This document shows positions 38,471 to 51,060 of a stretch of 64,000 bases of DNA, in pieces. The stretch's first letter is position 1. Each line of letters starts with the position of its first letter. This stretch comes from Sphagnum compactum (taxonomy: Eukaryota). Location of the stretch: contig OZ234493.1 of the NCBI GenBank assembly GCA_965153455.1, positions 1,054,001 to 1,118,000 on the forward strand, in the 5' to 3' direction. Under the pieces are notes generated by a model, which was given only the letters and a program-made list of their open reading frames with translations, ran no database searches and was not told the DNA's origin. The translations under genes and the position numbers were made by a program.

Positions 38471-38513
38471 GGTTTAGGGTTTAGGGTGGGAGAGGGACCC
38501 TAAACCCTAAACC
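38471..38513. repeat. Short inverted plant-telomere repeat (TTTAGGG)2 / (CCCTAAA)2
   Basis: 17-bp perfect arms ggtttagggtttagggt / accctaaaccctaaacc with a 9-nt spacer. Confidence 0.8.
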
Positions 38514-41500
38514 GAGGGGTGGGAGAGGGACCCGCCAGATGAGTGAAAAATCCACTAGAATAGTGGGCCAGTAGTGTCTCAACATTTTACATAATAACCC
38601 CAAATATTTGAGTTGGAGGTAGTACAAAGAATGGGTGAGTGAGAGATGATGGAAACGTAGCCTAACGCAGGTCTTCAAAGCTCCTCCAATACTCAAATCA
38701 TTTCATAACTACACCTCCACTCAAGTTCTAGTCTGGTCATCCTTGTAGCTCCTCAATGCAGCCCATGCTCTTGCTGATGATTCCAGAGTCTTGTTCAGCC
38801 TTGCAAACCTCAAGCTTGTTGCCTTGCTCATATCCATTCCCTTTCAGCGACTGACACATCTGTCTACTTGATCAACCTCTATCACAAGTGGAATTTGCAA
38901 TGGAATATTTGCTTTACAGCCACAGTTTTCTTTCTTTAGGTTGCAGGTTTTGTAAACTGCGACCACAATAAATGACCATTGTGAGAACTGTGCCTTGAGC
39001 ACGGTCAAAATGAATGCTGCTAAAGAAAAGTCAGACGAGATTTCAAACAAAGTTGGCATACAAAATGAGCAGTTGTACATATTTATAATTTGAGGTTGGT
39101 ATAGAAATGGAATGCAAATATATATAAATATTGCGCACTTTGGGTCAAGTGCGGCCAAGCTCTTTACTCAGAAAGAATGTTGCAAGAGTAATCTGCAGCT
39201 GCTAAATTGTACACGAAATGCACAAGTATACCAAATGCATGTTAATGACCACAGGCATGCATCCCTGCATCTTACTACCAGCTAGATTATTTTCCTCATT
39301 GAACTCTGATCGACGATTGAGCAACTTCCTGCTGGCCATTGAGTGCAACAACATGATCCTCGTCGGCAGCAAGCAAGCAATTAACAGTTGTTCCAGGCCA
39401 GAACGTTGTCGTTCACGACATTGTTATTTACGTCGTATTACGTGTAACAAGGGTGCCTTCGTCCTGCGAGAAGTTAGCATAAATTAAGAAGGGTGATCCA
39501 AATAGGCCAAATCCTTCGGGCGTGCACGTCGCAATGTAGTTGGCTCCATGCACCAAGTTCCCGTTGTCCTTGCTTATATGGGGATTAAGATCTACACTTG
39601 TAGCCTAGAAAACTCTGGCATCGTTTGAGCAGCTGGCTGATAAGATGCTTCCCGAGACTGAGAATGGTGCTTGGCCAGATGCTGTGAATCCACCACACTG
39701 GTAATGCCCACATCATACACATCCACAAATTAGTCATCTGTATCGATTTCGTCATGCGGAAAGTGGAGCGTTACTACATGCACCATGAATCAGACGATAC
39801 GGAGACGAAAATGCATATTTGGGGCATACTCATTCCAGCAACACAGAGTCTATGGCTACATACTGGAACTAGACTTCCATCAGTCCAACAACAAGAAGTA
39901 TGGAGGGTATCTTTCAATTTCCAACTGTTGTTTCTGCCACTCACCGATGCTTCAGCTCCGTTGAGTAATGCCGACATACAGAGAAGCCCACCTGCCAAAG
40001 CTAGAAGCGCCATCTTCTGGACACATTTGCATAACAAGAATTCCAGACCAGCAATTATTTAATGTCAGTCCCTACCACACAGATTGGTGTCCAAAAGCTA
40101 AGCAACACAACAAATCAGAACATAACAAGCATACTTCAGATAATCCGTGCTCAGATCAGATTGCTTTTAATAGATTCTTTTTCCTGAGCTATTGTGGTTT
40201 TCTGAATGGCATCTCTATTCAACAGTTTACAACCCACACCCTCAGATTACATTATTCATCCCTAACACTCAGAAGAGATTGTGCACCTCACAATGTGTCT
40301 CTGCTGATCCCCATATTCCAGAAGTTTTGACAAGCAGAAACAATTCCCTTAATAACCCAGTGAGCTATTTCCCCAATGGTCCTGCAAGATTTGCCCCAAC
40401 ATTCATCATTGATGTCCACAAAAGAATAGAATTATGCTCAGAGCACCTATACAAATGGGTACTCCTTCCACCACCAAACATTTCTCAGCAGTCCAATGAA
40501 ATCACTGAATTTCCTCAAGTGTACTGAACTTGGGAAGGAAAATGCCATCTTGAACTAGCTCTACAGATCCCCTTGTGATCCTCATATCCAGTTAAATCCT
40601 TAATTTTATGCATCTAATCATTCTACTTCTACACTCTACATTCTACACTCTATTTCTACACTCTCATTCTTACACCTAAACCTTTGTAACTGAGTGTCCC
40701 AAGAGTTGGAATGTTATGTTCATGAGGTCATGACAATGATTCCATGCTTTAGTGTTTTGTTCATTCACTCTACCATGCCATTACATCATGGCCATTGAGG
40801 TGTTGTGCATTGGTGAACCCATACACCTTGCATACATTATCAAACTCAGCCGCTCATTCTCCACCATTTTTTTTTAGTACATAATTGGGTACACCATGAC
40901 GACATATGATTTCATTCTCGAAATTTTGCCGCAATAGTAGCTATGAGATTAGGGATTGTTCTAGCCTTGCACCACTTGGAATAATGGTCCATTGCCACAG
41001 GAATGTATTTGTTGCCAACATCTATCTCTAGAAATGGTCTAACAGTAAGTGCCACCTTGAAAAAAAATCATTTACTATTATATTTTTAAAATCTTTAGCA
41101 TTAGAAAGAATGCTACATGTACGCTTGATCAATTAACATTCTTTGTAGCTCCTCACACTAGCACACACTTGTTTGATTCAATTGTGCCAAAGTACCTCTT
41201 GCAAAGTTTAGTTAATGTTCTCTATCCTCCAAAGTGCCCCAACTCTTGATGTAATTCCTCAATAATGCATTTACACTCATTCAATTTTGGTACCAAAAAC
41301 CCTTTGTAGAACAATTGATCTCCATTCCAAAAATAATTTAGCAGCATTTTCTTAATCCTTCATTGGCCTTGTTAAGAACAGCCAGAAGATATTTGTGCTC
41401 CATTTAACACCCCAAGACATGCTTCATCATTCTAAATGTCCAAATTACTTGAGCAATCTTGATCTAAAACCATTTCTAACCCAAACTCCTCCTCATTGGT

Positions 41501-42964
41501 GCTCTCTTGACCTACATCTCCTGTGCTACTACTACCAATTCCCAATGTACAGTAGGATTTGCTAGGTCTTGTTTTTTCTTTTCACTCAATGTCTTCAGCT
41601 TTTTCCTTTTTGATGTTTCAGGAACCACAAGTTCCTCCCTTCTTGGTTGCTGTTCCTCAACTTCCACATATGTTTTGTCATCAACTATCTTAATCAGATA
41701 TAGTTGTGCCACATCAACACCCTACAACCCATGTCTGATGTTCCTCCTTCCAATCCAAGTTTATCCCCAACTTTCTCAATAGATGCACATCTTGGATCTT
41801 TGCAAAAAATCTTCATCTTCCTCAGCAAGACCTACTGGATTGTGGTTAAGCTCATCCATATTAATTTCACATGTTTTGGGCCAAGGCAGTGCATGATCTT
41901 AAAATCAAAGTCTTGCAACAGATCAGTCCATCATCCCTGCCTTCCATACACATCTAAATAATCACCAACCACTTTAATGGTTCGTGATCAATGTGAAGAG
42001 AAAAATGATTTCAATGCAAATATTGTCTGAAATACATTACGCCCCAAATTAGAGCATAACAATTTGCCTTCCATTGGATGGAAACATTTTTGCACTAGGG
42101 ACATACCCTTGCTAGCATATGTTATGACATGTTCTTGATGACCATCCATCTGGGACAAAATTGCACCAACACCCCTAAAAGACCAATCAACATCCAAAAT
42201 GAAAACCTTAGAAATCAGGCCTATATAGTATGGGTGTTGTAATTAAAGCTTTCTTACAAGTGAAAAGCACTTTGATAGATGGGAGTCCACATGATTCAAT
42301 ATCCCGCTTGGTTAGTTCAAACAATGGGGCCACACCCTTTAACATAGTTACAATAATATTCAGTAAGACCAAGGAAAGCATGAATGTTCGTAATAGATAG
42401 GCATTAGAAAATTAGAGACTACCCTAACCTTTTGAGGGTTAGGCATCATCCTTGTTTTACTAACCACATGACCCAAAGACCTAATGTCTCTTGCAGTAAA
42501 CACACATCTATTAAGGAACTAAGTTTGAGATTTATGTCCCTTAGGCATGTTAAGACCAATTCTATATGCTTCAAGCGTTGTTACCAAGATATGCTATGGA
42601 TGTTCAGATCATCTTCGAATATTTTCAAGAACTCCTACATCTAGCCTTGAAAGACTTATGTCATGTTACGCGTAAATGTGCTTGTCATGTTTTTCAATCC
42701 AAAAGGTATAATGGTCCAATAAAACAATTCTGGACTTGGCAATCACTATCATTTTCTTCATGTCTTTTGGTGCCATCTTTATCTACTAGAAGTCGCTTTG
42801 CAAGCCTATAGTAGAAATCCTTTTGAACTTCCAAATTGGTTCAAAATGTCATCCACTAGCAACATTGGAAAGGCATCCCTTTTGGTTTACAAAAGATTAA
42901 AGGTCTATAATCATCACAAAATGTTTGATTCCATCCTTTTTGACAAGAAGTGTTACATCACATG

Positions 42965-43624
42965 TAAGGTTGTCATATCGTATGGGTGTCTATCACGATG
43001 CAATGTGGATGCAAACATAGCCCCACGTCATGTCATAATAAGGTCAACCTAGGGTCAGCCCAAGTCAAAATGACATCGGGCTGCCTTAAATATAGTTAAG
43101 GACATTTGAAAATCGCATGATTCAATCACCCTAAACCCTATGGCAACCAAAACAACTTTTGGTTGCCATAGTCTTGTGGTGACTGAAAGTTTTTTGGCTA
43201 ATGGCTAAAAAACAATTCGGGCGTTGACCAAATTTTTTGCACATTGACCAACATTTTTTAGCAACAATTAAAAATTTTAATTTACAAGATCAAAAGTGGA
43301 AATTAAACCATGGTCCATTGGATGGTTGACATTTTTTGGGCAAAAATCAAAAAAAATTCGAACATTATCCAAAAATTTGATCATCAGATTTTCAATTGCC
43401 CAATTTGGCAATCAAATTTTTTTGGGTTGCAAATTTTTTTTTTCCATTTGCTAGATCAATGGCCACTGTCTATTGGACAACTAAAATTTTTTAGGCAACT
43501 CCAAATTTTGTTTCAAGCAGACCAAAAATAATTTAGTCACCAAAAGAAATGGTTGATTTCCACCACATGGGTTAACATGACATGAACGCAATTTCTATGC
43601 ATCAAGTTGTTTTTGACAACCTCA
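42965..43624. mobile_element. Non-autonomous hAT element (660 bp) inserted in the gypsy RT
   Basis: TIRs TAAGGTTGTCA / TGACAACCTCA; 8-bp TSD ATCACATG (42957-42964, 43625-43632). Removing it rejoins RT ...EYACD|VTLLVKKDG. Confidence 0.85.
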
Positions 43625-45800
43625 ATCACATGCATACTCATACATAATAGGTCTCATCGTGCCCATAGAAATCAAAGCTTGAATTTGTTTATTCACTTTA
43701 AACTCCTTCTAATATGATAGTCTATTAGGTGTTGTGTGACACAACATAAACCCTTGGGTATTGATGAAATGTTCCTCCACCATGCAGCAACCAAACTTAC
43801 CTTTATTCCATGCAAAGACATCAACAAATTTCCCTAGCAATTGCCATAGCACTTCAATTTGTTGTGGGTTTAAAATTGTGTCAATTTTAATCTTACCCTT
43901 GATACCCTTTCATCATCTTGTAGCTTCCTACTCCATATGGGTCTATTGCTTGATTTTTTCGACTTGAAACAATGCTAACATGTTTGAATTTCCAGTAGTC
44001 ATGACACCCCATTCATTTTCAAAACCTACCCATTTCAACCAATCAACATATTCATCATCTAACAAGTCCTCCATCACATTCTCCACTTGTTCCTCCAAAA
44101 TTAGAACCATCATTTGCATTGGTGTTTCTTCTTTGATCAAACCTTCTAACCCATGATCTTTCAACTCCAATTTTTGCTCTAGTTCCTTTTGCACAATCAG
44201 CTTGAATCAATCATTACTTGCCTTTGGCATGTATTGTTCATCCTACTCCTCACTGGAATCAATTTCAAGTTCATCATAGGGTTGATAAAGATCTAACACC
44301 CATTTTCCCTTCAACAAGTTCACGTGGCTTCCTTCTTCAAAAAAAATTTAATTCTATAATGGTTCAAGTAGTTTTTGTTGCAATTCATCTTTCTAATTGC
44401 TTACTTTCCTTTTCAATACATGAATCATGTTCACCATGTTCAAAGGAAATCTCTACACATTAGTCCTTAGATCATGACAGATTTAAATCAAGTTAGGCTT
44501 CACATCAGCAACTACTCCATTTTTAATTAAGTAGTCAAGCCCCAAGAGTACATCATATCCATTTGTATCAACAACCATAAAGTCCATCTTGCATAAAACT
44601 TTGCCAACATGTACCAACACTTCAACAATTCTACCCATGGCTTGTGTCACTATGGTTGACACTATTTTATATTTTTATGATTTACAAACAAGATGCGTGA
44701 TCCCCAATTCTTGAACCATGTTTGTTACAATAACCAACATTGAGGCTCCAATCCTCCTTAATCCTTCAATGATATAATTATTCATTTACACTTGTAAATA
44801 CAAAGTTTTGTTCTTTGTCTTATTGATCAAAATCCTTCTTAAAGATGGTACTTAAGGTGAAATGGTAGCAACTTGGTTTCCCCATTACTCCTCTTTCTGG
44901 CTACCTTAACCAAACTCTCTAAATATTCCAATTCCCTTGGGATAGTCAAAATAGTCTTCATGGGACTCAATGAAATTTTTCCTTTTAGAAAGTGTGATAT
45001 GATTTTAGATCTTACAATAAAACCTCTTTCTAGTTCAATATTTGCTTCCTTCAAGCCTCCCATGAAATTTGCTACTCCCTGATTTTCATTGACCACCCCT
45101 ATAATGGCATTTTGAAGAACTCGATGTAATCTGACATGGGAAAACACATCATTGTTCCTCACAAATGCAGTTCAATTGAACCAGGGTGGCTTTTTCATCA
45201 TCTACCAACACTTCTAAAAAGTTGGCTACAACTATTCCTATTTTAAAAATATTCTTCCAACACCGCTCCTTAGTATGCCCCATCCCATTACAAAATGAAC
45301 ACCTAGGACCATAATTCTCTATCTTATGAAGCCTTCCATATTTTTGGCATTTGGGCTTGGAGTTAACATATTTAGGACATTTTATGGCCAACTGGTCTGT
45401 TCCATTGCAAATTTGGAAACTTGGGTGTTGTTTGATCTTATAACTAGAGAGAATTATAATGAATTTGATTGCCTTTGGAAGAAATTCACTAGTGACTCAT
45501 TCAAAGCCTCATTTGTTTGTCCATAGACAATTTTACACCTTGTATTATTTCCTCTTATTCCTCCAAGTGACACATTCAAATGGAATTTCCTCAATTCTCT
45601 AAGCACTTTTTCAATTTCTCTAATTATAAAACAGAAGCCAAAAGAGATTCCATATTTGCATAATCCTAGACAACACATAGTTTTTGAATTTCAAATCTAG
45701 ATCAAAATCTCCATTTCTAATCCACATTATTTACTTTCCCCCTAATGAAAAATCAGTCCAAGTGATCATAATGGGCATACACCTATTGTTTGGATTCTTG

Positions 45801-45950
45801 TTTGACTACATCAAGCTTCACCTTGATGTCTTCAGGATTTATGGTGCCATATTTTTGTTCCTTTGGTCTTCATTTTTGACTACATCAAGCCTCACCTTGA
45901 TGTCTTTAGGATTTATGGTGCCATATTTTTGTTCTTTCGGTCTTCATTTT
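45801..45950. repeat. Two-copy 75-bp tandem duplication inside the gypsy gag region
   Basis: tttgactacatcaagc.tcaccttgatgtctt.aggatttatggtgccatatttt...ggtcttcatttt repeated twice. Confidence 0.85.
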
Positions 45951-48900
45951 TAACCAATTTTTAGGGGGAGGATTAATCTTTTTATACCCCTCCTTTGTTT
46001 TACCTCTTAAATTTAAGCAAGTTATTTTAAACAACTTTGTTTCATCATAGTTTTTTACTTCCACTATTTTTTCCAATCATTAAATCCAGTCTACCACATC
46101 TTCAAACTCCTTTCCCAAAATAGTTCATCCATCCCTTTAGGACTTGTCTTCACTTATTCTACCTTCCCAGAAATCAAGACTTATATTTTTGCATCAAGAG
46201 TTGGTTGATCCCATTATTTCATAAAGAAACACAATGAATTCCATATCATCCATATTATTTTGTAATACTCAAAAGTTTCACACATTTAATTTCCAACTCA
46301 TCAATCTAACGTAGTTCTAACATGTTTTACCCTAATTATTTTATCACTTGCTTTAAACATCTACTCCATCCCTAGTATATAAAATCTAACAAAGTGTTGT
46401 TCAAATTGCATTATTACCAAAATCCAAGTGTCACCCAACCTTGGAGCATATCATCTATCTTCAAATGTTGAAACTATAAAGTCAAATACATAAGGGTTAA
46501 GAACCTCATCTATTTTATAACTACTCCTAGCTTTGGTATTTGTCCTTGTGTTCAACTTTGTACTCATGTTGCCTTCACAATGTTTTAAATTGTTTTCCGC
46601 CTGGGTAAGAGTCAAAAAAATTGAAATGACTTGCCTTTCTTAGATCGCCATCACCCACATTCCAATTCTTCCTACCACCTACCAATTATGTGCCCCTTCA
46701 AGCAAAACTACCTACTTCAATTCTTAGTTTCATCTTTCTCCTCCTCTTGAAATCACACTACCTTAAGTTGTTGTCTTCTTTCTTGAAACTGAAACATATA
46801 TCACTCCTTCAACATACCTCCCCCCCAACTTACCATACAGATCTTTGTAGAAAATCAAACATTATAAATGTGAATCTTAACTAAGGACACAATTTTAAGA
46901 ATCCTATCTCTATTGTTAATTCTACTGTCTAGCTCTAATTTATAGAATTGAGCAAAACAAGCTCTAACATCTAATTCTATAGGTATCCAAATGTCACCTA
47001 GTCTAAGAATTGGTGTAGACTTCTCCCTAACCACCCTCTATTCCTCAATTTTCATCAAACAACCAAGAAATTGTGAAAAGTTTAAATTCTTTAATTTGAA
47101 TGAATGTCCACTATTTGCAAACAAATTTTGATTTGGTCTTCAACAAGATTGCAACCTTTATGAAAAATCTAACATGCATCATTCCAACAATTGTATCTCC
47201 AACTTCTGCAATAGTTGGACCAAATCCAACAATGATGAGTAAAGCAAATCCAATGACTCTCAATATGACAACCCCCACATTGGGCTCTTTGGAAAATGAT
47301 ATTTCATCAAAGGGCAACACTCCCAATTGCATCATGTAACTCATAGCAACCACTGTCCCACCATTATTACTATTAAAAATAATAATAAAATTGTAGTGGT
47401 CTTGCTTTCTAACGTATAATGTGTTGGTTGAACTTTGACCTCAAAAGAAATCTTGTTCTCCTCTACTATGGGACTAAAACTATGTAGGTTAAAAGGTACC
47501 AAAGATAGCATTTGCTCATTTTAAATGTCAAGTTGCCAAAACAATTGTTGTTCAATGTCTTGACACAACCTCCGACACACAAGGCGCAATGACAACCCAG
47601 ATGCTTCCAAACCTCAAAGTTTTGTTACCCTTCAACCTTAGGTATGAAGAAATGAGTAAAATGATTAGGAGAAGCTACACCATTAAAGATCTAAACATCT
47701 TCAACTCTAGGTACTCCATTAATCCTTCCAAATCTAGTAACAATATCTCTAGGCAAGGTAGGAGGTGAAATAAAATCTTATCAAATATTGGGTAGTTATT
47801 CCCCATCCATTTGGTCTATTTTGGAACTTCACCCAAACTTGTGCTCTAGAAATGAATCCATTGTGTGTTACCTTGACAATGGGATCAAATCCTACAATGC
47901 TTACCACACCAAATCCAAATAATCATAGAATCAGTGCTCTTGACTTTAATGAATCTAAGTTAATAGAATTGTCAAATCTATGTGAAATTTATTAATCATA
48001 AAACAAATAAACAATGGTTTCTCTATAGGTTCCTTCCTCACCAAAATTGGACATGGTTACATAAATATATACTTATTTTGTTGTACATATTATTAATTCA
48101 TAATCCAAACCTCTCATCCCATTCATTTGCAATGTACCGCTTTGATACCAAAAAATGGTTGACTACATATGTAATTCTGTAATCTCACATTTGCATAACA
48201 AGAATTCAAACTAACAACTATTTTATGTTAATCCCTATCACACAAATCGGTGGAAAAGCTAAGCAACATGACAAACCAAAACATAACTAAAATACTATGA
48301 ATTCATGTTCAAATTAGTTCAGTCTAGATTCTCTCTCTTGAATCATCGTGGTTTTTTGCATGGCATCTTCATTCAATAATTTACAGCCCACACCCTCATT
48401 TACTCATCCTTGACAAAGAAAAGATTGTGCACTTCACAATGTGTCTATGCCGATCCCCATATCCCAAAACTTTTGACAACCGGAAACAATTCCCTTAATG
48501 GTCCTGCAAGATTTTCCCCAACATTCAAGATTGATGTCCACACAAGAACGAAATTCATATCACCTAAACAAATAGGTACTCACTTCCTTCAACAAACATC
48601 TTTTAGCAACCCAATCAAATCATTGAATTTCCTCAAGTGTATTACACGTGGGAAGGAAAATGCCATCTCAAACTAACTTTCACAAATCCCCTTGTGATCT
48701 TCATGCTCTCTAGCTGAATCCTTAATTCTATGCATCTAATCATTCTACTTCTACACTTTGCTTTAATTCCCCTTGCACAATGGAAATCAATGAAGAAGTT
48801 AAACACAAAGCCAAATTTTGTTTATGAGCATTCATCTCACACATATCCTTGCACACTACGCACCCATTGTCAACAAAAAGAAAAAGAAAGGACCTTAGCT

Positions 48901-51060
48901 AGCTAATTCTGATTTGGAAAAACCAAGAAGAAAAATCGATCCGCCTCCAAGCATGGTCCTCAATATATATCTTTGCACAATGCCAGCATATGCCAATTTT
49001 CATCAAAACCAACTGATTCACAATGTTCACCAATCCAACCAAGCAAGCCACACTCTATAAACTCCATTGGCTCCATTTCATAGCACTCTTCATTACTCAC
49101 ATTCTTCCACCATAAACAAGTCACACAATGATCCACAAAATGGGTAACGAAACACATCAGCCCATGACTCCATTGGTTCTTTACGCCACATTCTTTCAAA
49201 TACACAAAGCCAAAAGTTCAGATGGTAAAGGCAAACCCTAGCCCTAAAATGTTCATTAGCAAGACATGTTTTGTGATCACACTCACAGCTCTATCACATT
49301 TGCTCATATATACCAGAGATTAATTGCTTATGGACTAAGGTATCATGTGCGGAAGAGCATGTGTGCACAGGGCATGCGTGATGGACTTTGCCTCAACTCA
49401 ACTAGAGTGTGTATGGAAAAAGTGGGTTAGATGAACAATAGTACAATTTTCACTAGTTCCAATGTCAGAGATTAAAAATGGAGAGGAACCAAAAGTAGGC
49501 ATATCTTCATCAGCCTTCTATTTCACTGGCAAAATTTTATCAAAAAGTAAAAGAAAAATGAAAAATTGAAAGTGAAGTGATTTTGGAGAGTTATCTCGCC
49601 AGATTTATATTTGTGGTTTTCTGTGCATAGCCATAAACATGCCCCATAAATTGCAGAAGAATTTCGCTGCAGCTGCTATAAAACTTGACAATCCTATTCA
49701 AGTACCAAATTTGAAACCTTACCTTCCTCCATCCTTCATGCCCAACCTCTAAACTGTTTCTACTGATAAGAGTGGAAGATGATACTGAAAGCTGCAGACC
49801 TTTCTCAAAATTCTCGAGTACAAATCATTGGGCTTCCCTGATGCAATTGGACTCTCAACTTTGTATCAGGATCTCACTGATCAAAGAGGGCTTTGCAAAG
49901 ACAGCAGTTTGCTTCAATATCACAGCACATATCATATGTCTTGAGCTTGACTCAAAAGAAAATACAGATCACTTCATTGTGTATGAGGTTATTAAAGGTG
50001 CTTTAGGGCAGGAACATTCATGCATGGTGTGAGGAGTACAGGCTCTAGGAGCCAAACTCCATAGATTTGTCAAGATTGGGCTGTTTCTACAGCAGGACAT
50101 GTGGGAACATGTATCAATAATGTCCTGTTCACAGGCAACCTAATCCCATAGATTGTGCAAGTAATGAAATTATCACAGAATGAGAAGGAAACAATTGTCA
50201 CAAGGGCTAGCAACCACTTTATACCTTCAGATTCCCTTAGCATACAAAGCATTCTCAGGTTGCTGAGTTAGGAGGATACAGATCAAACTGCAGAAAAACA
50301 TGCTTATTGAGGCCAACAAAACCTTGCTGATAGTTGCTAAAACCAGTCTGAACAGTTCCTCAAATCTTGTCACCATTTATAGCACAAGGATCTGTAGGCA
50401 AGACAGGTGAATACCATCAATATCAAGAGAAGATCTCATGAGCTTAACATCTTTGACTTGAAGATATGTTTCTATTTCCAACTGAGCCTACACAGACATC
50501 AAGGCTCCTGTCACAAGTCACTTCAGACAATTGACTGCAGGGACATCATTAAGTTCATAGAAACAATTGTTGGTCAGTCTTATGAAAACATTTTGGAAGA
50601 TTCAAGCAGGACCAGGGAGACCCTGTGAGAAACTAGAACTAAAGGAACAAAAAGTTGGTTATGATCACCTCAAGGAAATGGCTTGAACATCTCAAAAGTA
50701 ATCTTTCCTCCAGCTCAGGGCTATGATCCCCAACCATATTCAACCTGATTTGCACTCTAAAAAAATCAGGCAATATCTGATGACCAAAATTCAGTATATA
50801 TCATACCATTGCTCACAACTCTCCATAATTAACCTCTACAATACTCCATTATTTCATGGTCTGTCAGGTGTGGTCTGAAGAAAACCACCAAGAATTGGTG
50901 AACCTGTTTGTTCAAAATATGGTTCATGGACATCTTATCCTTTGAGGTGATTGCCCATTACCAGTCCTGTGTATATCACATGGTCACAAAGAAAGACAAG
51001 CATTCTGTTCAGAAAGAGAATGCTTCAAAGATCTCAGATGGTTAGAGTACCTCAAGTTGA

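Larger units (their letters stand above)
40022..48757 (-). mobile_element. Decayed Ty3/gypsy LTR retrotransposon bounded by about 600-bp direct repeats
   Basis: Minus-strand remnants in gag-PR-RT-RH-INT order: CCHC knuckle CSFCNGMGHTKERC (about 45260-45305), protease GYDVLLGLDYLIK (about 44520-44560), RT VKKDG / FEDDLNIHS (42590-43860), RNase H DVDWSFRGVGAILSQ...YAS (41988-42197), integrase IEELHQELGHF (about 41230-41265). PBS-like TGGTATCAAAGC (48150-48139). Direct repeats at 40022-40635 and 48186-48757. Confidence 0.85.
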
